From NCBI GenBank assembly GCA_026914245.1, contig CP110439.1:2666001-2730000 (forward strand): 64,000 bases of DNA. The letters are read 5' to 3'. Positions 12,065-24,373 of the stretch are shown in pieces (positions within the stretch are counted from its first letter, which is position 1; every line of letters starts with the position of its first letter). The notes beneath the pieces were generated by a model. The model was not told the DNA's origin. It did not search any database and worked only from the letters and a program-made list of their open reading frames with translations. This stretch comes from Puccinia triticina (lineage: Eukaryota). The position numbers were made by a program, and so were the translations under genes.

Positions 12065-13329
12065 ATGAGTTGAGTTTATCTTAGTTTTTTTCCTCTCCTA
12101 TAGTTTCGTCCCCTCTGTCCACAATAACTACTGATGGGCCTTGTTTTCCATCACCGTACCACATCTACCCGCTATAGCACGACATGGGAAAAATAATACC
12201 GCATCCTCGGTCTTCACTCATGCCGAACGAATGATGACGGGAAATGGCAGCAAAACCCAAAGATTCACTTCAGATTCCATGGTTGGATTTGACGCCTGTC
12301 GACTATGTCTCAATTCCGCCCGGGACCCCCGCGTGGACTCAGAAGGACATTTGTTCTGCCACGTTAGTTGGGTTGATGGCACACAATTGTTGCCCAGTAT
12401 AATCTTTGATGATCGATGACTCATTGACAAACATTTTTTTTCAGGAATGTATCCTGGAACACATCCTTGGTCAGAAGAAAGATTTGAAAAGACAACGTGC
12501 CTTGCTCGAACAAATGAGTCTAGAAGAAGCAGCCGAGCGAAAAGCTACACTTGCCGCTGCTCGGGAAAGAGTCCTGCAGGATTTCGAACGAGCTCAAGCA
12601 GGAATCTCTACGCAGACAACGATGAGCTCAAGTGCGACGACAAATACCAAAGGCAGTAGCAGTGTATTTAATCAAACCCCAGCTCAGAAGCCGCGGCTGG
12701 AAGAACTCACGACCGCTGCAGAACGTGCTGCTTTAGAGACATTAGAACGAGAGGCACTGGCATCCAGAAGGGCAAAACTACCCAACTTTTGGCTCCCCTC
12801 CCTCACTCCTTCCGCTCCCCCCACGCGCGTCTCTGCCCTCCCGAGCTCCCAACTTCGTCCACTATGTCACGTCAGTAACCGTAAAGGGGAAAATCGTGCC
12901 CATCCGATCAAACTCTCAGACCTCGTGGCAGTCTATTTCGAAGCAGAACTCACATCTACCGATAGCTCTTCCAAGAAAAACTCGCTCAAGTGCTGCGCTG
13001 GTTGTCGCAAAGCCCTCAATAGAAACACGAAACTAGCTGGTAATATACCTGATTTTTCCTTCCCTACATGTACCTGTATGATACTTGTGACAATTCACTC
13101 ATATGTTTTGCTTCCATCTCTAGTTTTAAAACCCTGCGGACATGTTGTTTGTTTAGTCTGTGTGAATACACTTGTGAAGCCGAACAAGAACAACTTGGAG
13201 TCGGACGACCGGTGTCCCAAATGCGATAAACCGACTAGTAACGTAATCGAGATCGAGAGGGAAGGTACGGGATTTGCCGCGGGCGGGATGGCTCAAGGGA
13301 CCAAATTCGATGTCGCCTTTCAGGGTTGA
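12065..13329 (+). CDS. NOSIP-like (nitric oxide synthase-interacting protein family) RING/U-box protein
   Basis: Exons 12065-12068 (ATGA), 12178-12362, 12445-13039, 13124-13329 give MTRHGKNNTASSVFTHAER...FDACRLCL...LPNFWLPSLTP...LKPCGHVVC...CPKC...EGTGFAAGG, which are NOSIP hallmarks. Confidence 0.9.
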
Positions 13330-13598
13330 ATCTCTGAAACCGGTACGGATTTGTTGACCTTCCTCGACCACCTTTCTCCCTAATTCACTTCATCACATAT
13401 GCAATGTATTGGTTTCTTCTGGTTTTCAAATGCCAATGAAGCGCTTGCAACTACGGCTGCTCTGCTTTCTGTAGTTTGACCCTAAGTCCACCCTGGAGGA
13501 GAATAATTAAATACGGGCGGCATAGTCCTTTCCCTTGTTTGCAATCCTCTTGATCAAACAACTTGCCCGTAAGCCTCACCCGAAGAATCAAACCATTA

Positions 13599-14389
13599 GA
13601 GCATTCGCATTGGTTCGCGAAATTCTCGGGTCAAGTAAGCCCGGGCTTGTGGGCAGGTTAGCTTGACCGAGGCTATCTCAGGTGGGCAAACACATTCGTT
13701 GGGTCAGCTTCAGGCTCAAGTGGCCTGAAAACCACCCTAGCCTGATATTGGAGGACTTCCCGTCGACTTCGAATAAATCTGGAATTCCAGATTTCGCAGG
13801 GGAATCTGGAATCTGGAACTCTGGATCCCTTCGGGGAGCTTCGGGGACCGAGATTTCACTGCGAAATTTGAAATCCGTCGGCTCAGATCTGGAAAGTCAG
13901 ATCTGAGCCACCAGATACCAAATTTCGCAGGGAAATCTGGGTCCCCGAAGATCCCCGAAGTGATCCAGAGTTCCAGATTCCAGATTTCCCTGCGAATTCC
14001 AAAATTCCAGATCTGTTCAAAAGTGACCCGTCAATCTGGGAACCCCTTCCAGACCCAGATCTGAGCCAAATTTTGCAAGGAAATTTAGGCTTTGAGACTC
14101 TGGGAGGCTCTCAGATTGCAACGGGAAGTCCTCCAGTCCTCCACTTCCCACCAATCTGGAAACCCAGATTTTCCCAGATTTTGTAGGGAAATCTAGGCAG
14201 ATCTAGGATTTGGGACAATCAAGCCCAGATTTCCCCACAAAATCTGGAAAAATTTGAGTTCCCAGATTGACAGGAAGTCCTCCATTAGCCTGAGATCAAA
14301 CCGGGGGTTTGTTGAACCAGGGTTATGGGATTGCCGTTTGGGTTAAGTTGCCCAAAATTGTCAACTTAACCCAACGAATGTGAATGCTC
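13599..14389. mobile_element. Harbinger-like non-autonomous element
   Basis: TIR GAGCATTCGCATTGGTT/AACGAATGTGAATGCTC, TTA TSD; same TIR type as 3417-4486. Confidence 0.85.
13750..14283. mobile_element. Nested MITE with ATT TSD
   Basis: TIR GGAGGACTTCCCGTC/GACAGGAAGTCCTCC, ATT on both sides, internal hairpin and ccagat repeats. Confidence 0.8.
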
Positions 14390-14506
14390 TTACATAACAC
14401 TTCAAACTTAATGTTGTGGAAGCTACATGTTTCATGTCAGAATTTTAACCAAGAAAGATTGTGTATAGATCCCCACAACCAGGGTTTGAAGAATCAATTA
14501 GTTAAT

Positions 14507-14685
14507 AGGGGGTATCAAATATGACAAAATCCACCATTATGTAATTGACGGGTTTGAAAAAACCCACCATTTTTAAAACATGCTGGTCCTTCTTCTACTC
14601 CATTTTGGGAACCACTGATGACAAATTTCATTTTTGGCTAATTGACTGGTTTCTAATTGTGGATTTCTCATATTTGATACCCCCT
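14507..14685. mobile_element. MITE with AAT TSD
   Basis: TIR AGGGGGTATCAAATATGA/TCATATTTGATACCCCCT, AAT on both sides. Confidence 0.85.
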
Positions 14686-14757
14686 AATGATCTTGTCTTC
14701 AAACTAGAAAAGTTACAAACCAGAAGCAAGCATAATCACCTGTTGATAGTTAACAAT

Positions 14758-16323
14758 AGGGGGTTTCAATGGGTTTCAAACATGTTGCAGGTCCCAGTTC
14801 AGGAACCCCAATTCAGGAAAACAAAGTTCCTGCAAAATGAATTTTCAATTATTTCTGTATGTTTTTTGGGTAAAATTGGGTGGGTGTGTTGCAGGTGCCC
14901 TGATTTTGTGAATTGGGGGTTCCTGAAACAGGACCTGCACCATGTTTGAAACCCCTTATTGATCCAGGAAGCTTTCCAGGAAATATCAGTGACCTGGAAT
15001 GCTTCCTGTGGACCTGCGCTCCTTCTACCTATGACCTTCCAGGACCTCCAGGACTGCAGGAAATCAGGAAAATTTAACCAAAAAAATACCAATCAGACAT
15101 TTTTCTCAAACCCCAGTCCCCCGTGATTTTTTTTGGACACCCATCTAAGGGCATTGCTGCAAAACTGCCAGACAATACGTCCATCCACCACTCCAAGGAC
15201 CACACCTACATATCCACCAACCCAAGCCGTTTCCACAACACTTCCACCCAGCCACTGGCATTGTTCTCTGATGAAAACATTCACGTTCATCAACATGATG
15301 GTGGTCTTGGTTGCCTTGGCCCCAACATTTGGCATGTCAGCCTCAGGAGCCTATGAGACTAGAGCTTAGAACACCTGAATGCATACAATGTGATAGTTGT
15401 TTGGATGTATTGACTAGTAATCTTTTGCGTGTTTTGCACCCATAAGTTTGGTAATACAAGTGCTTGCCAAGAGTGAAAAATGTGTCTAGATATACTTGTT
15501 TGAATGAATGATGTCTGGAAGAACACAGGTTGGAACAAGACTGATGCCAATTTCTTACTTTATAAATCAACCAATTGTATCCAGATGTGATTGCACCAGT
15601 GCCACACTATGCCACCCAAGAAGAAAAATACTCAGCCAGAAACCACAATCAACAGTTCCAGAAAAGCCAAGAGGCAGAAGTCCTCGGTAGTGTGGGCCAA
15701 TTATGATTGGATTAAATCATGGACCAAAAGTGGGACCCGATGGTCCCAATGATTTTGGAGCAGGAACAGTCCCCAGGTCAATGGAAGATTCAAGCTCTTC
15801 CTGCTTGAGAGGGTCACACCGGGTGTGGTTGGTGGCAGGGCAGATCTTGAAGAGCTTCTTGATCACTGGCTGACGGGTTGGGAGCTTGGAGAGGAACTCA
15901 AGCAGCTTGAGCGTCAGCTGGGGATCCAAGCAGTTCAAGCTAATTGTCAGCAGTCACTTTGCAAAGAGGATCACTTGGTTTTGCGTTGGCGGGTCCAACG
16001 GGCTGAAGAAGATCAAGTCAAGAAATTTAATCACCATCTCACTCGTTGAACCCTTCAGGTTTTGATTGCTCAACTTGGTGTCTTGATTTTGTGGTTCTGT
16101 GGGGGAAAAGGTACAAGAGAGGGTTTTGCATTTGGGACCCCAGAGGCATGAACAAAACACAATGAACTATTGGATTAGTTCCAGGAGGCATGCTTCTGGA
16201 TTTGAATTCAGGAAAATTTTCCTTTTGGGGGTCTCAATTTAGAACCTCCAGGAAATTCTTTTTGGCAGTGATTTATTTTTCCTGGAATTATGGAACACTT
16301 CCTGGATCAAGTTGAATCCCCCT
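14758..16323. mobile_element. 1.57-kb non-autonomous DNA element with AAT TSD
   Basis: TIR AGGGGGTTTCAA/TTGAATCCCCCT, AAT on both sides, subterminal ccaggaa/ttcctg repeats. Confidence 0.7.
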
Positions 16324-17110
16324 AATCCATAAGAAAAATCAACAGACATAGGGCATTACATAGTATTTCAAAACAAACTGACGGAATGTATTTATCTTGT
16401 TCCATTCAAGACATTTGTTTGCGTAAATTCAACTATCCAAGAGGAGCTGAGAACAAGGTCCTGTAGCAGTGACACAAGTATTGCAGCAGCAACGGCCGCA
16501 ATGCCTATGATGATGGGTATCTGTGTCCATCAAGATAAATTTACTTTCAGAAGGAGTGCAGTATCAGCAAATGATGCCCGTGGTAGCACCTGCTCCCTTT
16601 ATCTCAAACAAGTCCCTCGCATTAATGTAACTAAGTCCCTCTCTTTGTGGATTTGCTCCCCCGAGGAGGGAATTAGCTAAGAGTCCCTCGCGGCGCTTCA
16701 AATTTGCATTCCGCAGTCACAAGACCAGAGCGAGCTAACACAAGGTCCCTGCCTCCTTGCGGGCGTGTAGCATTTGGCTGGTCGCGAAGCGACCCCGACC
16801 GGAGGAAGGGACTAGCCTAACTAAACCTCTCAAACAGAGGGGGGGGCTCCTCCCGAAGGGACTCTCCGCAGGAGAGCATTGTGACTTATGTCGTACCTTT
16901 TGCCTAAGAGTTCTGGGCTTTCGACGGGTGATTAATTTCTGAGGATAGATGTGAATCGTTCATGAATGAAACATCGCACAAGACAAAATCATGAAAGCGA
17001 GGCGGGTAGTAAGAGAAAAGCCATGAAGATTCGTGCCAGGAAGGCTCAAGAGAGAATCCAAACAATCTTAATCATGCTGCTTCAGCGTTGGAGTGTCCGC
17101 TGTGAGGGGT

Positions 17111-17457
17111 TTAATACTTGAGAATGATGTAAAGGGCATGGATGATACCGGGAATGTAACCTAGGATGGTGAGCAAAATGTTGATCCCTGTTAGGAGAAG
17201 GAGCAGAAGAGGATGGGGGTCAGCAAGTGCTTCTGCAGGGTGTCCTGCTTGTGTGGTGACTTTCGACGTACAAAAGTCGGCAACGCAGCCTCGTTCGAGA
17301 AACACCCCAAGCGGTGGGAGGACGATGGCCAGAAGGATCTTGCAGATGTCGGACTGTTTGGCAGCAAAGAGGAAAAGAAGGTTGTTTCTTCAGCATCTTA
17401 GATGAGTCAAGGGTTGAGATTCAGGGGAGAGGAGAAACCCACAGCTGTGAAGGGCAT
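17111..17457 (-). CDS. PMP3: Plasma membrane proteolipid 3 (Pmp3/RCI2 family), 57 aa
   Basis: Exons 17457-17443, 17353-17272, 17187-17111 splice to MPFTASDICKILLAIVLPPLGVFLERGCVADFWINILLTILGYIPGIIHALYIILKY*. Confidence 0.96.
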
Positions 17458-18049
17458 GATGTGGTGGTTAAGGCTGTTGGAGGATTATGGGCTGGTTTGC
17501 TTCAACTTTGCAGTAGTTTCGGGTCGGAGGGATGGGACTGGGTGGGGTTCGAGGCGGGATGTATGGGTGGGGCAGTGGCCAACACAGCCTCTTGAACGGG
17601 GGCCCCGAAGGAGCCCCGCGTCCCCGCGGGACACTGTCCCGAGGAATATGATGTCACCACCCTTTATTCATGAAATCTACCCTAATCTACCTGACCTACT
17701 CAGCACGCCACTGTGTACCTGCCCATCCCTTCCAATCAACCCCAGAAATCCAACTGAGCATCAGCCCCGCTCCTCCCCCTGCCCCCTTCTGTCACACCTT
17801 AATCGCGCTTTTTGTAATAGCTCATCAAAATCCATGCCAAACCCCCTGCTCCCACAGGGCGGAGGCCTCGCGGCAGGTAAACATGTCCAATGTGGACATG
17901 TATGCTGCCAAGGGGAGGGTTCCCAACTTCCCTGCCCGATGCCGACAACCAACTAGCGGACCAGCTAAATAGGCTGATCGACGCTTTTAATACATAGACA
18001 GGTTGGAAAGTCTCGCGAGAGCAATTTCCGGACAGGCATCCAAGCCATC

Positions 18050-19514
18050 CGGAGCCGCTTGAGCAGACTCCTTCAAAGCCCTGCTAGTGAGGATTGAGGA
18101 TATCGCAGCGAATATGGCCAGATTGGAAAAGGAGGTTGAGAACTTGTCTCTCCCGACTCCTCCCAACTATTGAAGTATTGTGATTCCAAGATTGCTTGGA
18201 CGGATTTTCGAGCTGTGCACTCAAAATCATGGGGTTCTGAAATTTGAGATCAGGTTTACATCCCTTTCTGCCTAGCTGCATACAAATCATGATGCGAACT
18301 CTGTCCGACTAGCCAGACGACTGAGGCCCCAATTATAAACACCTTTTTGAGATGTTTTTGAAAAGGTTTTGAAAATGAACTGAAAAGTATTTGAAAACAA
18401 AATGAAAACATTTTTTTTTTTCAAAAATGGTTTAAACACACCTCCTGGGTGTATTTGAGTGCATCTGCATTATTTTTGAAATTAAAAAGATTTCAAAAAA
18501 AAGTTCAATTTCTTTTTTGGGCAAGTTCAAAAACTTTTCAAAAATATCTCAAAAAAGTGTTTATAATTGGGGCCTGAACTTTTCCCCAAACTCGGCCAAC
18601 TGACTTCTACTTCAAGCATCACCCTTGCTCTATCGGCTTCCAAATTGTTCGAGGACGACCTTGCTGACGACAGCTTCTCTTGGACAGCCTCTGTCACTGA
18701 GCCTGCCAGGTTGAACTTCAGGCTGAGATATGGAACGCGGGTACCTACGACATCTGTCTGGTCCTGGATCATCTCACGGTACAGGTTGTTAACGACCAAG
18801 ATGTGTTTTATAATCTCTGTGTTGCCCAAGCAAGTTCCCTCAAGACTCTTACTCAGGCTCCCATCTCCATCCTCCAACGCTCACTCGTCTTCAGTGACAT
18901 TAATATATGGATTGCTCTTCATTGTGAAAGGCATTGCGGGAGTGGAAAGAATGAGAGGAAGAGAGGTTGTACATATCAATGTGGTAGCCAAGCAACTGCA
19001 TCATAATGATGGTCATGAGGCCCTGTAAACAGTCCACCATTTGGGGCACTTGCAAGATCCGGGTGGAGTCGGCGGTGGTCAAGCCAGTGTTGCTGTTATG
19101 CTTGAAGGAATGGCTGGAGATTTGTGTTCCCGAGGTTTTGACAGATGTGTGATTCACCAAACCACTCGAGTGCCATCCAGACCACCACTACCTTGTTCAC
19201 CATCCTTAGCGGCAACCCAACTGAAGAAGCTGAGCATGAGCCAAAGAGAAGAAATGTAGTTCTCAATGATATTGAAGACAAAACAGACCTTGGAGCCGGG
19301 CCATATGATCTCGATCTGGGTCTTACTTAACCAGTTGCTTGGTTGGTTGGTCGGACAGATTATCTGGAAGACAGAGATCAAGAAATTCTTGAGCACTTTG
19401 CTTGAGAAGAATTTGCACCGTTCCAACACAATCAAGCCTATGTGAGAGCACATCCATGTTTGTCTCACCTCTGTGAGCGGTGAGGTTCTCCAAAGCAAAG
19501 ATGAGTGCATCCAT
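18050..19514 (-). pseudogene. Possible decayed lineage-specific gene, broken by stops and a MITE
   Basis: Successive protein-like minus-strand ORF fragments from ATG 19514; no recognisable domain. Confidence 0.3.
18325..18574. mobile_element. Harbinger-like MITE
   Basis: TIR GGCCCCAATTATAAACAC/GTGTTTATAATTGGGGCC, TGA TSD. Confidence 0.9.
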
Positions 19515-20323
19515 GCCCTCCAAGGAAGTTACAACTCACTGCAAGAAAAACTCTAGAAACTGCTTGCAATTGAGATGCAGCAAGCTTGAATCAAGCCTCA
19601 GCTCAAGCTGGAGTCAAGCACCCAAATTCTGTGCTGGTGCACCTTGAGTGTATACCTTGTTCAACATCCCAATGCTGAACATTCTGTAGTGATCATGCAG
19701 TAGGCAGAGGCAAATGTTAAACCTTGAAAATGTGCATCCCCCTGAGCACCCTTTTATTTTATTTTATTAAACACTCCATGTGCCATTGAATCCAGCCAGA
19801 ATAACATAAAAAGGGTGTGTACACATGAAAGGGATATGTACATAAGAAATGAATATGTAAGCATGAAAGGGGAAAGTGAGAAGGTGTATTAGCACATAAA
19901 AGGAATATTTACACATGATGAAAGGGGTATGTATGCATGAAAGGGGTTTGTATGTATGAAAGGAGTATGTGCAGTAAGTAAAGGGGTATTTGCACATGAA
20001 AGGGATATGTAAACATCAAAGGGGTATGTAAACCTGAATGATGAAAGGGGTATTGAAATGGACGTAAAAAACTCAAAGGGGACATGTATTGTGTTTTTAT
20101 GAATGGTTGGACTGATTTTCAGCAAGGTTCACCAAATTTGGTGAATGTGAAATTATAGTTCTGTGTTTGTCACCTTCCTCCAAAAGCCATGATCCTGGCG
20201 GCCACAGCTGCACCATTCCTGTGATGATTTTCCGGATGGTCAACAGGCAGCACGAATTCAATCCCCCCCCCCCCCCATTTCCTGGTTTACTACCCTCAAC
20301 GCACACCAATTACCACCTTTCTA

Positions 20324-21648
20324 ATGTCACGTTTCGGGCTTGATCTTTTCAGAAGGGAGAACCCCCCTCCGGGCTATTTTAGCACTAGTGAATACAAGCG
20401 GATTCACCTTCCTAACAAACCTTCAAGCAACCTACCGGTGAGATTTTTGTTCCTTGTGGCTCTCTATCAACATGTTTCTAACTTTTATTTTTGCTCTCTT
20501 TTTTCTGTGCACATGCAGCCGCAGGTTGTTGTTTGACGGGGTTCAAGTTACTTTGCCCAAAAGACGGCAAGCAATATAAAGCCCAGTGGACGTTGGTCAA
20601 CTCCGCCTACTCCGGGGGAAACTTCGATGTTTTGATTACTGCTGGACCAATGACCCTTGGCAAATTTCAAGAGAAGATATCTGCAGCATGCAATGACTGA
20701 TACGACGGAGCTGGTACTTTGATTCAAAATGCCATCAAGAAGGGCTCTCCGCGCCTCACTTGGAAACTCTGGATGCACAGTAAGACAGCACCCGAGTTTG
20801 GGAAATCAAAGAACTACTTGATTACTGACAAACAATCTTTCAGTCGTTGGATGAACGCGGTGATTGCGCTTGGGAAGGATCAGACCTTAGCCAACTTGTT
20901 TATTCAAATGCTAAACCCAGCAACCGAATGCAAGAATGCCAAAGCAGTCGTTGAAGTCAAGAATCACATATTGACTGTTGAGGCTGCCCAACAGGCCTCT
21001 TTAAGTCACCCATCTCCAGATCATGCGGCCGACATTATCACACCCAATCTATTCAGCCCCATCAACATACACATGAATAACATCTTCGCCGCGCACCCAC
21101 CAAAAATGAAATATCAAAAGAAGCTTCTGGTGTATGTCCATCCAACCAATCTGAATTGCTTCATCCCCTTGACCGCAGGGGTAGTCCAAAAATGGGTGAC
21201 TTTGTTGGTGAGTTGGGTTTTTTAATCCAGTTATCTTAAAGATTAATATTTTGTGCTCTTGCTTGAAAGGCCAACAGGGTCGCTGGGGTCTGGCTCTACT
21301 CCCCCTCGGCCGACATGAAGTTTGAGACGTTGTCTTCAAAAAGAAGGAAACTCGTTCACCTCTGAACGGCCTCCTGAACAAAGTCCATCCGCAAGCTCTG
21401 ATGATGCTCCCGTGGTCACCCCCGATCCCCAGTTGCTTATCAAATACATTGACTTCATCAAGATTCGTCCGGAAAAACGCAAAGAAGTTATTGCAATACT
21501 TGATAAAAACGACATCACTCATCCAAAGTTTCTCAGCTCCAAGAGAATTACAGACAAGCAGATGATCCAATGGGGCCTAACCAATGGAATCATTGCTCAG
21601 CTAAAAGATAGCGTATTGAAGTTTGAGAAGCATTTGGCTTTGCAATAG
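20324..21648 (+). pseudogene. Transposon accessory gene of unknown function, possible C-terminal SAM-like helical domain
   Basis: ORF pieces 20324-20437, 20519-21207 and 21270-21648 joined by GT-AG introns; in-frame TGA at 20698 and frameshifts; C-terminus ILDKNDITHPKFL...MIQWGLTNGIIAQL. Confidence 0.65.
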
Positions 21649-22341
21649 CAACCTTTTCTTTCCGTCTTTCCAGCTTACTATTTCCGCTACAACTTATTAA
21701 CACTACTCAGATTTTTCAAGCCTCATTTTAGCCCAAATGTCTCCACAAAATTATCACTCAGATTGATTGAATATTGATTCTAACCAGATTAAACCATGTA
21801 GCTCTTTTTCATCGCTTGTTTGCCTTCATTGAATTGTATTACCCCAGGCCCCACACCCAGACTAGCAATATTACTCAGATTTAACCATTTTCATTGTTTT
21901 TCTACCTGATACAAATAACTTTCAATTAAAAAACTTACCAGACACCATCACTGGTATGGTCGCTCAGGCCTACATTGCCTACTGGAACCCCCGCGCGCGC
22001 CCAATGGCCTCTATGTGCCTCAGTTGAGCAGCGCCCAAGGGCTGAACAGATTAAGTTCCTCCTCATCTCTCATCTCTACAATCTTGAGTCTTAAAACTCA
22101 ACAAACTTGATATTTCAATAAGTGTAAAAGTCTGACATGCTTTTGTTAGATGATATGGCGCTACGGAGGTAAAAGACAAGATCACTATGCTATAGCCAAC
22201 AATGCTGATGTTGTACCGACTTGTATAGAGATAAAATACAGGGCTAATTTTTGGTGAGAAGACTACATGTGACATGATTTGAAAACAAGCGGGTATGATT
22301 AAGATCAAAAGTGATTTTGATGAGATCAGAAGTTTAGGGGA

Positions 22342-23466
22342 TTAAGGGTCAGTGTTTGGAACACAATAGCCACAATGATTGAAAGCATTGAAAGCCATCT
22401 CTGCTTTCAAAACCTTGGCAGCAATGCGAAGGATTGTGCCTTCAGGGTTGGGAGAAAAATTGAGCTCTTGAGATGCCTGCAATTTTTTTTTGATCGCTGC
22501 GAAGCCGAGTTCAATTGGGTTTAGCTCGGGACAGTAGGGCGGAAGGTAGAGAACTCGTACACCCGCCGCATTGCAAAGCTCTTTGACACAATCACCTTGA
22601 TGGATTGCGGTGTTATTGCAGACAAGCACGGAGTTGAAATTGGGATATTGGTTCATTCTGGGAAGCTGTCAGGAAGCCTATTAGTATCAGCTGTATTAAA
22701 GTCTAAATGGTAGATTTTTGTAGCTTACCAAGTCAAACTTGAGGAAATGTTCAAATTTGCAAGCAGTGTACGTCTGTGAAGTCATTGTGATGGCCAAGAG
22801 TCCATCGATTGATATTGCTGGTAGCAGACTGACCCGCTCGGGGTTCTGATTGATAATGTGTCACTCCGAGGGGGTCCCGATGGAGGACCTAGCAAAGGAT
22901 CAAAGGAGATCACTGTTGCAAAAGGAGCTCTCATCTAGAGGAGCTGCTCAGAAGAAGACAGTCAGTTTGGGTGAATAAGAGAAAAGCAATAGGGCTAACT
23001 TACCGGTAAACACAAGAAAGTCAGCTGGGAAAAATTACATCCTTTTGATGTAGGAGTATTTAGCGGTGAGTGATTTGCAAATGTTCTTGGTCTTGGGTTT
23101 CTTCAAACTTATCATCAAGCCCTCCACAAGGTTACGGTGAACGGCCTTGATACTGAGCAAGAGTCTGGACGAGTCATACAGACGTTCTTGTAGTTTGTGC
23201 AGAAAGAGACCCAGTTCCAACCAGACAAGTTCAATCATGAATTTGCACTTGACAGGAGTCAGGCTTGCTGGTTGGCCGCGGCGCTCATGCAATGTCGGAT
23301 CCTTCACAACACATTGGGTTTCTTGGAAAAGCTGAAGCCACCTACGGAACAATTGCGGAGAAACCTTGACCTCCAGTAAACGCCAGATTTTGGCCAATGA
23401 GAGTCCTTGATGTGCCATGCAGACCACAACGGCCTTGATTTCCGGGGCGTATTTATGATAAGCCAT
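22342..23466 (-). pseudogene. Tc1/IS630 (DDE_3-type, DD34E) transposase, inactivated
   Basis: N-terminal HTH-like region, FLVFT|DESSF, VLVC(N)NTAIH...YLPPYCPELNPIE with 34 residues between the second D position and E. Introns 22935-23003 and 22666-22728. In-frame stops; second D changed to N. Confidence 0.9.
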
Positions 23467-24373
23467 GGAGTCAGGCGTGATGGTTGGTGGAGGTTGTTGG
23501 AATTGACTGGCGGAGGCGGCGTGGATTGATCTCGGTGGGATGGATGATGGTGCCGGCTCCTGACCGCACAGCTGCCTTCAGCCAGTCATCCAATCACATG
23601 GTATTGATCCCCCCCGGATCTGTGTATGGCAGAAACCCCGGGGATTAAACGGGTGCTGTGGCATGCTGTGCGCCAATTCTGGGCCCGAAGTCCATAACCT
23701 TAGTATCCAAAAATGCTTGGAAAGTCCAAGCATTAGTAAAAACACAATAAACATGAAAGGTTCATGAATGAATGATGAAAGGGGCATGTACACATTGTGA
23801 AAGTGATACATGCACATGAAAGGCATACTTGCACATTAAAGGGGTATGTGCACATAAAGGGGTATGGACACATTATGAAAGGGGTGAATGCATAAAAAAG
23901 GACATGTGCACATGAAAGAGGTATGTGCACATGAAAGGGGTATGTGCACATGAAAGGGGTATGTGCACATGAAAGGGGAATTTGCACAGGTATCAACTCA
24001 GTATTTTGGAGCCTGTACTGAGTTTTTTGGAGCTTAGACTCTGGCATAAATTATGCAATTTTCATGTAATCAACCAGTGCTTGATTCTTGCATGAGGCAC
24101 AGCTTGCCTTGAGCTCTTGCATCTCAACTGCAAGCAGTTTCTAGAGTTTTTCTCACAGTGACTTGAGTTTCTTTGGGGGCAGTAAAGTGTGATATTCATA
24201 TTGTATTTCTTTCTAACCTGAACAGATGGGATCAGACCTTTACAACATGAGTTTTGGTGGACAAATGGGCTAATGAAGCTTAAGATTATTTTGGAGCAGT
24301 GAAGTGTGCTGCAGAATTTTTTTTTTGCTGCTAGAATTGAATCATCACTGTCAAATCCTGGCTTGCACCAAAC

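Larger units (their letters stand above)
19537..24160. mobile_element. 4.6-kb two-gene DNA transposon: CACTG...CAGTG termini, 3-bp TSD, Tc1/IS630-type transposase
   Basis: ~43-bp TIR CACTG(CA/TG)AGAAAAACTCTAGAAACTGCTTGCA, ACT on both flanks, two convergent decayed genes, atgaaaggggtatgtgcac minisatellites at 19810-20085 and 23750-23990. Confidence 0.88.

Noticed and set aside
12174..12176. Non-AUG (ATA) start for the NOSIP-like gene
   Set aside because: The TAG there is a splice acceptor; an upstream ATGA exon restores MTRH.
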